Source of the DNA: Flavobacteriales bacterium
GTDB taxonomy: Bacteria; Bacteroidota; Bacteroidia; Flavobacteriales; UBA7430
Assembly: GCA_022425195.1 (NCBI GenBank)
Contig: JAKMFX010000010.1
Span: 1,814-65,813, forward strand
Reading direction: 5' to 3'
DNA: 64,000 nucleotides
The translations under genes were made by a program, and so were the position numbers. The stretch's first letter is position 1; each line of letters starts with the position of its first letter. The notes beneath the pieces were generated by a model. The model did not search any database. It was not told where the DNA came from and saw only the letters and a list, made by a program, of their open reading frames with translations. This document shows, piece after piece, positions 1 through 10,011 of the stretch.

Positions 1-1059
1 AATGAATCCGAGATATACAAAAACACAGGGGATTTTGAGGATCCATTTTTTGAATCTATCAACAAAAATGAGTCGGGAAGTTTTACCATGTCGTTTTTAG
101 CGATAGGGACCGCTTTTAGACCGATGCGTATGAACTCGTCCACAACTTTTGATGAGATGCGAGACATGAGAGCTGCCATGGCAAAAGAAGTGGCTAAAGA
201 CAAAGGAATTGCCTACAGTCCTTCCGATTCACACCCTGTGGGAGTGGGGCTTAATTCTCAGGATGTATTGATTCCGGCTTTCCTCGCGGCTTATTCGGGT
301 AAGGGTGTGTCGACACAAACACGAAATAAATTCCCGAGCATCCCATTGCCGAACTGGAAAGTGAAATACAATGGCTTAAGCGATATTCCTTGGGTGAAGA
401 AACGATTCAAAACTGTAACGCTATCCCATGGATATACTTCTACCTACTCCATAAGTTCTTACCAGACGAATTTGTTTTATACGACATTGGAGCAACCCAA
501 TACAGGAACGCCCGAGTCCCATCCTGAAAACTTCGATGTCAATGGAAATTATCTCACGAAGTATCAGATTCAAACCGTAAACATCAGTGAGCAGTTCAAC
601 CCTTTGATAAAAGTGGATGTTACGATGAACAACAGTCTGACCACGCGTTTTGAAATCAGTAAAGATCGTCAGGTCTCCTTGAGCTTAAACAACAATCAGA
701 TTCAGGAGCAAATCGGACGAACTCTGACGCTAGGGATCGGATACAGATTGAGTGATTTTGAACTTAGTTTGCCTTCAGCCAAAGGACGAAAAACCTACTC
801 TTCGAACTTGGATGTAAACCTAGATGTTTCGGTTCGAAAGACGGCTTCTGCCATTCGCAGTATTGAAGAAAACACCCATCAGTCTGTGAGTGGAAGTACA
901 GATATTTCCATAAAAACCTCAGCCGACTATGTCATGAGCGAACGCATCAACTTACAATTGTTCTACGACCGGATGGTTCGAAAGTATGAAGTCGCCAACG
1001 CATACGACACGGCAAACAGCAGCTTCGGAATCAAGCTACGATTCTCCTTCGGTAGGTAG
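1..1059 (+). CDS. sprA: SprA T9SS outer-membrane translocon, C-terminal part (5'-truncated by the window edge)
   Basis: Frame is open from base 1. Contains SprA-like motifs SQDVLIPAFLAAYSG, PLPNW and ISEQFNPLI, and ends in a beta-strand (GIKLRFSF). Confidence 0.9.
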   Translation, partial: NESEIYKNTGDFEDPFFESINKNESGSFTMSFLAIGTAFRPMRMNSSTTFDEMRDMRAAMAKEVAKDKGIAYSPSDSHPVGVGLNSQDVLIPAFLAAYSGKGVSTQTRNKFPSIPLPNWKVKYNGLSDIPWVKKRFKTVTLSHGYTSTYSISSYQTNLFYTTLEQPNTGTPESHPENFDVNGNYLTKYQIQTVNISEQFNPLIKVDVTMNNSLTTRFEISKDRQVSLSLNNNQIQEQIGRTLTLGIGYRLSDFELSLPSAKGRKTYSSNLDVNLDVSVRKTASAIRSIEENTHQSVSGSTDISIKTSADYVMSERINLQLFYDRMVRKYEVANAYDTANSSFGIKLRFSFGR

Positions 1060-1133
1060 TTTGGTATAAAACTTGCAAACATCTATTTGGTTGAATTTGA
1101 TAGGCACTTCCCCCTCCGCAATGCACAATTTTT

Positions 1134-2783
1134 ATGAAGTTTTCTTTGCGTTTCCTTTCTCTAGTGGTCTTTTCTGTGGTCTTTGTGTCCCAGGCTCAAA
1201 TCATTTACAAACATAATTTTGATGCACCTACCGGAGCCTTTCTTGTCGATTCGGATGGAGATGCTTTTGCATGGGCATTGCATGATTTCCAAGATGGAGA
1301 AGGCATGGTTGCCACATCAAACAACATCTTCAGTCCTATTCAGCCTCAGCGTGCAGACAATTGGCTCATATGCGGGCCAGTAGATTTATCTGCGTCGAGT
1401 CGTCCTTATCTTTATTGGAAGGCCAAAGCCTCTGGAGCTACCCATACTCCAGAAAAGTTAAAGCTATATGTTTTCACAGATCTACCCATGACAGTCCAAA
1501 ACACCATCTTAACCGATGAGATAGACACTTCCGCTGTGTACAAAGAAACCTTTACCATGAGAGCTGAGGTTGGGTATAGGAATCATCAAATAGATTTGTC
1601 GGAATTGAAGGGGGAGGATTCCGTGTATTTTGCTTTCAGGCATCAGAGTGATTCTCCGGTATTTGGTTTGAATCTGGATGACCTGGTGATATCCGATGTT
1701 GTCAATTCCTCAATGGATATCAGTATAGTTGAGCCTTCGAGAGCTTACTTTTCAGAGGGCCTTGGCAATGAAGTGCATTATTATAAAACCTTGTTGACTC
1801 CCGACGACATGCTTCAACTGTCTTTTAAGATCGGGAATTATGGATCCGAATTTTCCGGGGGTGAATTCGCCTACACAATCAATGGAGTTCATCAGTCAAT
1901 AGCCCTCTCGAACTCCATTGCGAGGAACGATCAAAAAAAGGTCGATATGAGCTTAGGTCTTGGATCGCACAAAATTACAGCAAGGGTTATTGATACATCC
2001 GGACAGCTTGTATCTGAAAAAGTGGTTTACCATGTAAAGGTGTCTGAGCCTGTTCCAGACATCAGGATTACAGATACTTACGGAAACGTATACCGACTAT
2101 ATGATGAGTTAAGAAGTGGTAAAACAATCTTATTGGACTTTTTTGCCTCATGGTGTGGTCCTTGTGAAATCTCGACACCTAAAATCAATAAACTATGGGA
2201 CTCCTTTGGAAGGGGTGCCTCTTCTTTTCAAGTATTTGGGGTTACCACGGATCCTCAAGACTCCTACTCGGTAATTAATAACTTGGACTGGGGCGCAGAG
2301 TATCCTAAGTTTGCTGCTTCCAATCAAACGAAACGATTGTACGATCACTTTGAGCGTACGGTGGGTGGTCAAGATGCGATTCCTTTTTTTCTAATGATTT
2401 GTCCTGACAAAGAAAATCCTGCTTACTCAAAAATATCTTGGTTTTCTAACGGTTGGTCTGATGATGATGAGGTGAGACAGGCCGCCTTGTCATGCAATGC
2501 AAGTCTGTCTTTAGTGGATGGGTCGGAGTCAAAGCCCTTTTCATTATTTCCCAACCCCGCCTACCAACTAACTTATTTGGAATTGAACCTCGAATCTAGA
2601 GGTCAAGTCGATATCAAAGTGTTCAATAATTTGGGTCAAGCCGTTTACCTAAAGAACTCCATAATGAGTGCGGGAACTCACCGTCTTGAATTGCCTCTTG
2701 AACTGCTGGACTCGGGCCTGCATTATGTGCAACTGAAAAGTAATCATCAGGTGTTTGTAGAAAAACTCCACGTGGTGAAGTAA
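1134..2783 (+). CDS. T9SS type A CTD protein: cleaved-adhesin-like domain plus thioredoxin/TlpA domain (WCGPC)
   Basis: Signal peptide; DSDGD...DNWLI...YFAFRH...LDDL adhesin-like motifs; LDFFASWCGPC; C-terminal LFPNPA...GLHYVQL...EKLHV. Confidence 0.8.
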   Translation: MKFSLRFLSLVVFSVVFVSQAQIIYKHNFDAPTGAFLVDSDGDAFAWALHDFQDGEGMVATSNNIFSPIQPQRADNWLICGPVDLSASSRPYLYWKAKASGATHTPEKLKLYVFTDLPMTVQNTILTDEIDTSAVYKETFTMRAEVGYRNHQIDLSELKGEDSVYFAFRHQSDSPVFGLNLDDLVISDVVNSSMDISIVEPSRAYFSEGLGNEVHYYKTLLTPDDMLQLSFKIGNYGSEFSGGEFAYTINGVHQSIALSNSIARNDQKKVDMSLGLGSHKITARVIDTSGQLVSEKVVYHVKVSEPVPDIRITDTYGNVYRLYDELRSGKTILLDFFASWCGPCEISTPKINKLWDSFGRGASSFQVFGVTTDPQDSYSVINNLDWGAEYPKFAASNQTKRLYDHFERTVGGQDAIPFFLMICPDKENPAYSKISWFSNGWSDDDEVRQAALSCNASLSLVDGSESKPFSLFPNPAYQLTYLELNLESRGQVDIKVFNNLGQAVYLKNSIMSAGTHRLELPLELLDSGLHYVQLKSNHQVFVEKLHVVK

Positions 2784-2863
2784 GGCTTTAGCGGAGTAAA
2801 GTCATTGATGAGGGATACAATTTGGTATGTTTTTTGGTGAATTACTTTCAAAGGATTGTGAAA

Positions 2864-3541
2864 ATGAAAAAATATTTAGTGGGTCTTTTATTTTTGACGT
2901 GTTCGTCTTTATGGGCTCAATTTCTCAAGGTGGATCAGGAAGATTATTATTATGCTGAAGCAGGAGAAGAATGTGTTGCGAAATTGAAAGTTCAAAATTT
3001 GACCGACCGAGATTTGACCGTCATAGTCATTCGAAATGCAGGAGCGGTTGCTGAAAAAAACTACATGTGTTGGAAGGATTGTCACTCTGTAATGACAAAT
3101 ATGACCAGTCCACTAAAGATCCCAGCGTATGCAACGGTTGATAATTTCTCAGGATATATCGTGTCCATGCCTGAGGAGTCTGATTTGACGATCAACTATT
3201 GTTTCAAAGATGTGGATAATGTAGCCCATCAACTATGTGTTGACGTGTTGTATTCATCGTCGTCAAGGTATTTGAAAACAGAGGAGCATTTCTCTGAAGA
3301 CCTTTCGATTTTCCCCAACCCAGTATCGGAATTCCTTACTATAGATCACCGGGGAAAGGAACTGGGTGAACTTATTTTGTACGATGTTTTGGGAAATGAG
3401 TTGCAGCGACATAAGTTAAGTCCCTATTCCAAAAGTCTTGTCAACCTCAGTAGTCTCAATCAGGGGATCTACTTTTACGCCCTTCATTCTGGAGGGAAGC
3501 GCGGTAAGGTCAAAAAGTTAGTTGTGAACGATTCGCACTGA
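2864..3541 (+). CDS. Small T9SS type A CTD protein
   Basis: Start moved to ATG 2864 (MKKYLVG signal peptide). CWKDC motif; CTD IFPNP...GIYFY...KKLVV. Confidence 0.8.
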   Translation: MKKYLVGLLFLTCSSLWAQFLKVDQEDYYYAEAGEECVAKLKVQNLTDRDLTVIVIRNAGAVAEKNYMCWKDCHSVMTNMTSPLKIPAYATVDNFSGYIVSMPEESDLTINYCFKDVDNVAHQLCVDVLYSSSSRYLKTEEHFSEDLSIFPNPVSEFLTIDHRGKELGELILYDVLGNELQRHKLSPYSKSLVNLSSLNQGIYFYALHSGGKRGKVKKLVVNDSH

Positions 3542-3550
3542 GGATTATGA

Positions 3551-3578
3551 AAAAGCTCTTTAGATAGGGGCTTTTTTT
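3551..3578 (+). terminator. Intrinsic terminator after the T9SS cargo genes
   Basis: AAAAGCTCT-TTAGAT-AGGGGCTTTTTTT hairpin with U tract. Confidence 0.6.
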
Positions 3579-3643
3579 GTGCTCTACAGATCTTAATTCC
3601 CTTACAATGCTTATTTTTGTTCATTCGCAAACCCCGAATTGTT

Positions 3644-6082
3644 ATGAAGGTATCATATAACTGGATCAAAAATTATTTAAATGTAGACTTGAGTGCTGAG
3701 GATTGTGCTAAGGTATTAACCGACACAGGACTTGAAGTTGAAGGAATCCAGGAGATAGAAAGTGTAAAAGGTGGACTTAAAGGTTTACTCGTTGGTGAAG
3801 TGCTTACTTGTGAGCAGCATCCCAATGCCGACCGACTGCGTAAGACAACGGTTGATGTTGGTGCAGAGGTTTTAGAGATTGTCTGTGGCGCTCCAAATGT
3901 CGCGGCCGGACAAAAAGTAGTGGTTGCTACGATTGGTACCGTTTTGTTCGATGACAAAGGGGAGGCGTTTAAAATAAAAAAAGGAAAGATCAGAGGTGAG
4001 GCTTCTCACGGGATGATTTGTGGTTCGGATGAAATTGGTCTCGGTGGTGCTCATGACGGCATTATGGTTTTGGATGCTGATGTCCAAGCAGGAACACTTG
4101 CGAGTGAGCATTTTAAAATAGAAACAGATACAGTTTTCGAAATAGGTCTGACACCCAATCGATCCGATGCTATGGGGCACCTTGGGGTGGCTCTGGATTT
4201 AAAAGCTGGATTGGCAGCTCAAGGACAATCATTGAAATTGACAAAGCCTTCTATAGATGCCTTTTCTGTAGATCACACAAACAAATCTCTGAAGGTAGAA
4301 GTAGAAGATTCAGAAGCCTGTCCACGTTATGCGGGGCTTACCCTAACAGGTCTTGAGGTGAAGGACTCACCAGAGTGGTTGAGTACGAAGCTAAAAGCAT
4401 TGGGCTTAACACCTGTAAATAATGTGGTCGACGTTACGAATTATGTCCTTCATGAAACGGGAAACCCACTTCATGCTTTTGATGTCGATAAAATTACCGG
4501 CGATACAATTGTTGTTAAGACCTTGACAAAAGACACGAAGTTTACGACCCTTGATGAGCAAGAGCGAAAGCTTCATAATGAGGACTTGATGATCTGTAAT
4601 GCTGAAGCGCCTATGTGTATTGCTGGAGTCTTTGGGGGCTTGGATTCCGGAGTGAGTCCCGAAACCAAGTCTATATTTTTGGAAGCCGCTTATTTCAATC
4701 CTGTTTCTGTTCGTAAAACAGCCAAGCGTCATGCGTTAAATACCGACGCTTCTTTCCGTTTCGAAAGAACCGTAAATCCGAATACGGTGATTTGGGCTTT
4801 AAAGCGAGCCGCACTTTTGATTCAAGAAGTTGCAGGAGGTTCTGTAAGCTCTGAGATTACTGATATTTACCCAAAGCCGATTGCAAACTTTAAGGTGGAC
4901 TTTTCCTATGCCAAATGTGATCAATTGATAGGTGAGGCCATTGATAGAACCACCATAAAAAGTATTTTAGAAAATCTTGAGATTGAAGTTGTAGAGGAGC
5001 TTGAAGAAGGTCTCAAGTTGTCTGTTCCTCCTTATCGTGCAGATGTAAAGCGTGAGGTAGACGTCATAGAAGAAGTTCTTCGAATATACGGCTACAACAA
5101 TATTGGAATGACGGGAAGGATCAACGCATCACTATCTATTGTGCCCAAGCCTGATTCGCACAAGGTGCAAGAGCAAGTTTCTGATTTATTGTCTTCCAAT
5201 GGCTTTTATGAAGCCATGTGCAATTCCCTCACCAAGGGCTCCCACACTGATGGCTTGGATTCTTTGAAAAAAGAAAGCCAAGTGCTCTTGATGAATCCTT
5301 TGAGTCAAGATTTAAATGCCATGCGCCAATCTTTATTGTTTGGAGGTTTGGAAAGTTTAGCATATAACATCAATCGAAAGGTGTCTGACGTGATGCTTTA
5401 TGAATTCGGAAAGACCTACAACCGATACGGAGATGATTTTGTTGAGGAACGTCGCTTGGCCATGTGGACGACCGGAAAGAAACAGGAAGAAAATTGGAAT
5501 GCTGACAAAGCTAAAGTGGATATCTTTCAAATGAGAGGTTTTGTGGAAAAGCTACTCCATAAATTGGGTCTAAACAAAGGCGTAACTTTAAGTACAATTC
5601 AATCGGATATCTTCTCAGAAGGACTTTGTTATAAGATTCGCAAAAAGAAGGTACTTGAAACCGGTGTGGTGAAAAAGACCATCCTAAAAAGATTCGGGAT
5701 CAAGCAAGAGGTTTTCTACACCGACATCAACTGGGATTTGGTTCTAGAATTCTTGAAAAACCAAAAGACCAACTATAAGGAAGTGCCTAAATTCCCCGCT
5801 GTACGTCGCGACTTAGCTTTGTTAATGGATAAGCAAGTGGCTTTTGCCGAATTGGAAAGTGTAGCGCTTCGAAGTGATAAAAACCTGCTTAAAGAAGTAA
5901 AACTCTTTGATGTGTATGAAGGAGATAAGCTTGCGGAAGGTAAAAAATCATATGCCCTAAGTTTTGTCTTTAGGGATGAGACCAAGACGCTCACGGATAA
6001 GGTGGTTGATAAGGCCATCTTGAAAATTTTTAAATCTCTTGAACATCAACTTCAAGTTGAGCTTCGAGAGGGGACTTTATAG
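3644..6082 (+). CDS. pheT: Phenylalanine--tRNA ligase beta subunit
   Basis: MKVSYNWIK start, HPNADRL, IVCGAPNV, TPNRSD, and C-terminal FDX-ACB domain (FPAVRRDLA, LFDVYEG). Confidence 0.98.
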   Translation: MKVSYNWIKNYLNVDLSAEDCAKVLTDTGLEVEGIQEIESVKGGLKGLLVGEVLTCEQHPNADRLRKTTVDVGAEVLEIVCGAPNVAAGQKVVVATIGTVLFDDKGEAFKIKKGKIRGEASHGMICGSDEIGLGGAHDGIMVLDADVQAGTLASEHFKIETDTVFEIGLTPNRSDAMGHLGVALDLKAGLAAQGQSLKLTKPSIDAFSVDHTNKSLKVEVEDSEACPRYAGLTLTGLEVKDSPEWLSTKLKALGLTPVNNVVDVTNYVLHETGNPLHAFDVDKITGDTIVVKTLTKDTKFTTLDEQERKLHNEDLMICNAEAPMCIAGVFGGLDSGVSPETKSIFLEAAYFNPVSVRKTAKRHALNTDASFRFERTVNPNTVIWALKRAALLIQEVAGGSVSSEITDIYPKPIANFKVDFSYAKCDQLIGEAIDRTTIKSILENLEIEVVEELEEGLKLSVPPYRADVKREVDVIEEVLRIYGYNNIGMTGRINASLSIVPKPDSHKVQEQVSDLLSSNGFYEAMCNSLTKGSHTDGLDSLKKESQVLLMNPLSQDLNAMRQSLLFGGLESLAYNINRKVSDVMLYEFGKTYNRYGDDFVEERRLAMWTTGKKQEENWNADKAKVDIFQMRGFVEKLLHKLGLNKGVTLSTIQSDIFSEGLCYKIRKKKVLETGVVKKTILKRFGIKQEVFYTDINWDLVLEFLKNQKTNYKEVPKFPAVRRDLALLMDKQVAFAELESVALRSDKNLLKEVKLFDVYEGDKLAEGKKSYALSFVFRDETKTLTDKVVDKAILKIFKSLEHQLQVELREGTL

Positions 6083-6094
6083 AAATGATTCACG

Positions 6095-6102
6095 TAACTT
6101 TG
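6095..6102 (+). promoter_or_regulatory. Bacteroidota -7 promoter element (TAACTTTG), 4 nt before the clpX ATG
   Basis: Exact TAnnTTTG match in the 24-bp pheT-clpX gap. Confidence 0.6.
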
Positions 6103-6106
6103 CACC

Positions 6107-7339
6107 ATGGAAGAGAAGACCGTTAATTGTTCGTTTTGTGGCCGTACCAAGCAGGAAACTGATGTTTTGATTGCTGGGACTACAGGTCACATATGTAATT
6201 TATGCATCAGTCAGGCTCACGAAATCATCAGTGAGGAAATGGAGCACAAGGTTCGTAAAGACCTGGCCAAAGAACTTACGCTACTCAAGCCTATTGAGAT
6301 TAAAGAGTATTTAGATGGTTTTGTTATAGGTCAAGATCACGCCAAAAAAGTCCTGTCTGTAGCCGTATATAACCATTACAAAAGGGTGTTGCAGGAAGGG
6401 ACCAAGGAGCAAGAGGTTGAGATTGAGAAGTCCAACATTATGATGGTCGGGAAGACGGGTACGGGGAAAACACTTCTGGCGCGCTCTATAGCTAAAATGC
6501 TAAATGTTCCTTTCACGATTGTCGATGCTACGGTGTTAACCGAAGCGGGTTATGTTGGAGAAGATGTAGAAGGCATCCTTTCTCGCTTGTTACAGGATTG
6601 TGATTTTGATGTTGAAATGGCTGAACGCGGTATTGTTTTTATTGATGAGATTGATAAAATTGCCCGCAAAAGTGATAACCCTTCTATCACCAGAGATGTA
6701 TCTGGAGAGGGGGTTCAGCAAGCCATGTTAAAGTTGCTTGAAGGAACCGTAGTCAACGTTCCGCCTCAAGGAGGAAGAAAGCACCCGGATCAAAAGTACA
6801 TTAAAATCAACACCAAAAACATATTATTTGTTTGTGGAGGCGCCTTTGATGGTATTGAAAGACACATCCGTAACAGGATGAACACCAATGCGCTTGGTTT
6901 CGGAAATTCTACAGTTGAGCAAATCGATGATTCTAACCTGTTGCAATACATATCTCCCCAAGATGTCAAGAGCTTTGGGATTATCCCTGAGTTGATTGGT
7001 CGACTTCCGATAGTAACGCACCTAGATCCTTTAGATCGAAAAGCCTTGCGCAACATTCTTACAGAACCGAAAAACTCCATCATCAAGCAATACAGAAAGT
7101 TGTTTGAGATTGATGAAATTACCCTGAAGATAGATGCGGAAGTTTTTGAATTTATTGTAGATCGTGCCGAAGACTTCCAATTGGGCGCCCGTGGACTCCG
7201 ATCTATATGCGAAGCACTTATGGTAGATGCGATGTTTGAATTGCCTTCTTCTCAGGAAAAAGAATTTCATCTGACACTTGCGTATGCCAAGAAGATGCTG
7301 TCTCAAAAGAAATTGCGTAAGCTACGAGCTGTAAGCTGA
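6107..7339 (+). CDS. clpX: ATP-dependent Clp protease ATP-binding subunit ClpX
   Basis: CSFC...C..C zinc finger, Walker [29 protein letters not shown] loop. Confidence 0.98.
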   Translation: MEEKTVNCSFCGRTKQETDVLIAGTTGHICNLCISQAHEIISEEMEHKVRKDLAKELTLLKPIEIKEYLDGFVIGQDHAKKVLSVAVYNHYKRVLQEGTKEQEVEIEKSNIMMVGKTGTGKTLLARSIAKMLNVPFTIVDATVLTEAGYVGEDVEGILSRLLQDCDFDVEMAERGIVFIDEIDKIARKSDNPSITRDVSGEGVQQAMLKLLEGTVVNVPPQGGRKHPDQKYIKINTKNILFVCGGAFDGIERHIRNRMNTNALGFGNSTVEQIDDSNLLQYISPQDVKSFGIIPELIGRLPIVTHLDPLDRKALRNILTEPKNSIIKQYRKLFEIDEITLKIDAEVFEFIVDRAEDFQLGARGLRSICEALMVDAMFELPSSQEKEFHLTLAYAKKMLSQKKLRKLRAVS

Positions 7340-7343
7340 TTGT

Positions 7344-7838
7344 ATGGAATCCAAAGTGCTGCTTAGTCTGGGCTCTAACCTGGGAGTTCGGGAGGAGAAT
7401 ATCGCAAAAGCCATTGCCTTACTGCAGTCCCATGCCGGTCATATTTTGGCCGTTTCCCCACTTTATGAAACTCCTTCCTGGGGCTATGAGGATGCCCCTT
7501 ATTTGAATAATGCGGTTTGCCTTACGACTGAGAAAGCCCCTTTAGAGCTCATGCAAACCTTGCTGGATATTGAGAGTGAGCTGGGTCGTGAGCGATCAAA
7601 TACTCCGCAATACGAAGCCCGTTCGATTGACTTAGATATTGCGCTTATTGAAGGGTGCATCATCGATCATCCCAAGTTACAGGTTCCCCATCCGCGTATG
7701 CACCTAAGAAATTTTGTGCTTCAGCCTGCCGCTGATATCTGCCCCAGTTGGGTTCACGAAAAGATAAATATCTCCATATCAGAATTGCTTTTGATATCGG
7801 AGGATTCCTCTGAAATAAGCCCATTTATCGGGGTCTAA
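7344..7838 (+). CDS. folK: 2-amino-4-hydroxy-6-hydroxymethyldihydropteridine diphosphokinase
   Basis: LSLGSNLG, RSIDLDI, LQVPHPRMHLRNFVL. Confidence 0.95.
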   Translation: MESKVLLSLGSNLGVREENIAKAIALLQSHAGHILAVSPLYETPSWGYEDAPYLNNAVCLTTEKAPLELMQTLLDIESELGRERSNTPQYEARSIDLDIALIEGCIIDHPKLQVPHPRMHLRNFVLQPAADICPSWVHEKINISISELLLISEDSSEISPFIGV

Positions 7839-7958
7839 TAAGTTTGTGAATAGATATTCTTCAATCCTGTTAGGATTTCGTAAAGATTCTTGTACATTTA
7901 ATCATGCTTTTTGTAAAAAGGAATTGGTGGAATACTCACTTAATTAAATTCAATTTTT

Positions 7959-7989
7959 TACATTTGTTTTACTCACGATGAGCGTGAGT
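7959..7989 (+). promoter_or_regulatory. ompA promoter -7 element (TACATTTG) and 5'-UTR hairpin
   Basis: TACATTTG at 7959-7966; ACTCACG-ATGAG-CGTGAGT at 7971-7989. Confidence 0.6.
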
Positions 7990-8035
7990 TGTTTGTTTAT
8001 CTAACTATTAGAGAATACATTTTAAAATCAGAAAA

Positions 8036-9319
8036 ATGATTGACTTAAAGAAAATTGCCTTAGCCTCCTTGTTTATAGCAACAAGTGCTTTTGCTCAAGA
8101 TGGAAAATTAAAAGGTTTACTCATCGATGATGCGTCAGTAGGCGTTGAAGTTGGAGCGAGCAAATACATGGGTGATTCAGACTTGGAATTTGGTTACGGT
8201 CTAAATTACACCAAACAAATCAATGCTCTTTTCGCATTGAAAGCAGGATACCTTGAGGGTACTTTAACAGATGCCGCGAAATCAGATGATTACAGTGCTT
8301 TAACGGTTGAAGGCCTTGTAAACTTGTCGAATTTATCTGTTGGATCTGGAAACAGCTTGAAAGTGTACCTTTCTACAGGACTAGCTTTCGTTACTGTTGA
8401 TGATGCTGACGATTCTTCAGTGGTGCCTAATTTGGGTGCTGGAGCAAAGTATGCCATCAACGAATCATTTGACTTAGACTTATCTACAAGCCTAGGCTTG
8501 GGAACCTTGTCAGGCGAGGACTTAGAATCTCATATGACCCTTGGATTGGGAGTGAACTACCGATTCACGAAAAAAGAAGCGTCTGTGGAATGGAACAATC
8601 CTTTAGATGCTATGTACGGAGATATTGCCACGGTTAAAACAGAAATCGAAGGTCTGTCTACGGATTCTGATGGTGACGGTGTCTCTGATCGATTTGATAA
8701 CGACAACAACACGCCAGAAGGTGTAGCTGTTGATGGAAAAGGGAATGCTTTAGACGTTGATATGGATGGTGTAGCGGATTACGCTGACGAAGATCCATTT
8801 ACAGCTCGTGGTGTTCAGGTAGATGACAAGGGTCGTGAATTAGACAGCGACAAGGATGGCGTTGCGAACTCTCTTGACATCGAGCCAAACTCTCCTTCTG
8901 GAGCAACAGTAAACTTCCAAGGAAAAGAAATTAAGGGTGCTAAAGGAGCATTCATGCCAGCGATTTACTTCGACTACAACTCAGCAAAAGTTTCGTATGC
9001 GAACTACGAAAGATTGGCAGCTGTAGCCGCTTTGTTGCAAGCCAATCCAAACTACACCATTACTGTAATTGGATATGCAGATTCTGTAGGAAACTCTGCC
9101 AACAACCACAAAATAGCTTTGCGAAGAGCAAATTCTGTGATAGATGCGCTTACGAGCATGTTCGGAATTGCGAGTTCTCGATTGTCGGCAGACTCTAAAG
9201 GTGAAGATGCACCTTTAGCTGACGAATCTGTTAAAGTTTCTGAAACGACAGCAGATGGACAAGTGATCTCTAACAGCCTATCTAGAATGAATCGTCGCGT
9301 TGAATTCGCGATTGACTAA
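8036..9319 (+). CDS. OmpA family protein (beta-barrel, TSP3-like Ca-binding repeats, peptidoglycan-binding domain)
   Basis: Signal peptide, DSDGDGV/DMDGVAD/DSDKDGV repeats, IYFDYNS, GYAD, NRRVEF. Confidence 0.92.
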   Translation: MIDLKKIALASLFIATSAFAQDGKLKGLLIDDASVGVEVGASKYMGDSDLEFGYGLNYTKQINALFALKAGYLEGTLTDAAKSDDYSALTVEGLVNLSNLSVGSGNSLKVYLSTGLAFVTVDDADDSSVVPNLGAGAKYAINESFDLDLSTSLGLGTLSGEDLESHMTLGLGVNYRFTKKEASVEWNNPLDAMYGDIATVKTEIEGLSTDSDGDGVSDRFDNDNNTPEGVAVDGKGNALDVDMDGVADYADEDPFTARGVQVDDKGRELDSDKDGVANSLDIEPNSPSGATVNFQGKEIKGAKGAFMPAIYFDYNSAKVSYANYERLAAVAALLQANPNYTITVIGYADSVGNSANNHKIALRRANSVIDALTSMFGIASSRLSADSKGEDAPLADESVKVSETTADGQVISNSLSRMNRRVEFAID

Positions 9320-9341
9320 GTTCTTCTGACATATAAATTTC

Positions 9342-9377
9342 AAAAGTCCCCTTCGGTTTCGGAGGGGATTTTTTTTT
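9342..9377 (+). terminator. Intrinsic terminator of ompA (possibly bidirectional)
   Basis: TCCCCTTCG-GTTT-CGGAGGGGA followed by T9. Confidence 0.85.
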
Positions 9378-9419
9378 GAGTATCGAGTACCGCATACCTA
9401 GTACTTATTACCTAGTACC
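9378..9419. repeat. Degenerate heptamer tandem array, 6 units, consensus nAGTACC
   Basis: GAGTATC GAGTACC GCATACC TAGTACT TATTACC TAGTACC. Confidence 0.6.
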
Positions 9420-9935
9420 CTTAAACATGTGCCAGAGAACAATTCCTGCACTTACAGAAATGTTTAAAGAGTGTTTTGTGCCTAGTTGGGGGATTTCAAT
9501 ACATTGATTGCATTGGTTGATAACCGATTGCTGTACGCCCTTCACTTCATTTCCAAAGACAACGGCAATTTTATCGTATTTGGAGCGATCGAAATCGTGG
9601 AGCATCAAACTTTCTTCAGCTTGCTCAACAGCCAGACATTGGTACCCTTCGTTTTGGAGTTGTTTGACACAGGATAAGGTGTCTTCTTGATATTCCCACT
9701 CCACCGATTCGGTGGCGCCCAAAGCCGTCTTGTGAATGTCTCGATGGGGCGGTTGTGCAGTAATTCCGCAGAGGTATATTTTCTCCAATAGGAAGGCATC
9801 TGCCGTTCGAAAAACAGAGCCGATGTTGTTGAGACTTCTGATGTTGTCAAGAACCACAACCACAGGCAGTTTTTTCGCCTCTTTGAAGTCGGCCACACTG
9901 AGTCTGTTGAGTTCACTATTTTTCAGTTTTCGCAT
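9408..9935 (-). CDS. SpoU/TrmH family RNA methyltransferase
   Basis: VLDNIRSLNNIGSVFRTAD, VFGNEVKG, HSLNISVS. Start is 9935 (MRKLKN) or 9947. Confidence 0.92.
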   Translation of the reverse strand: MRKLKNSELNRLSVADFKEAKKLPVVVVLDNIRSLNNIGSVFRTADAFLLEKIYLCGITAQPPHRDIHKTALGATESVEWEYQEDTLSCVKQLQNEGYQCLAVEQAEESLMLHDFDRSKYDKIAVVFGNEVKGVQQSVINQCNQCIEIPQLGTKHSLNISVSAGIVLWHMFKGTR

Positions 9936-10011
9936 CTGCTTATCCATCAGAATTAATATCTTAGTCCTTCCTTGAAAACGACTGCAAAATAATCAATATA
10001 ATACAACTCAA

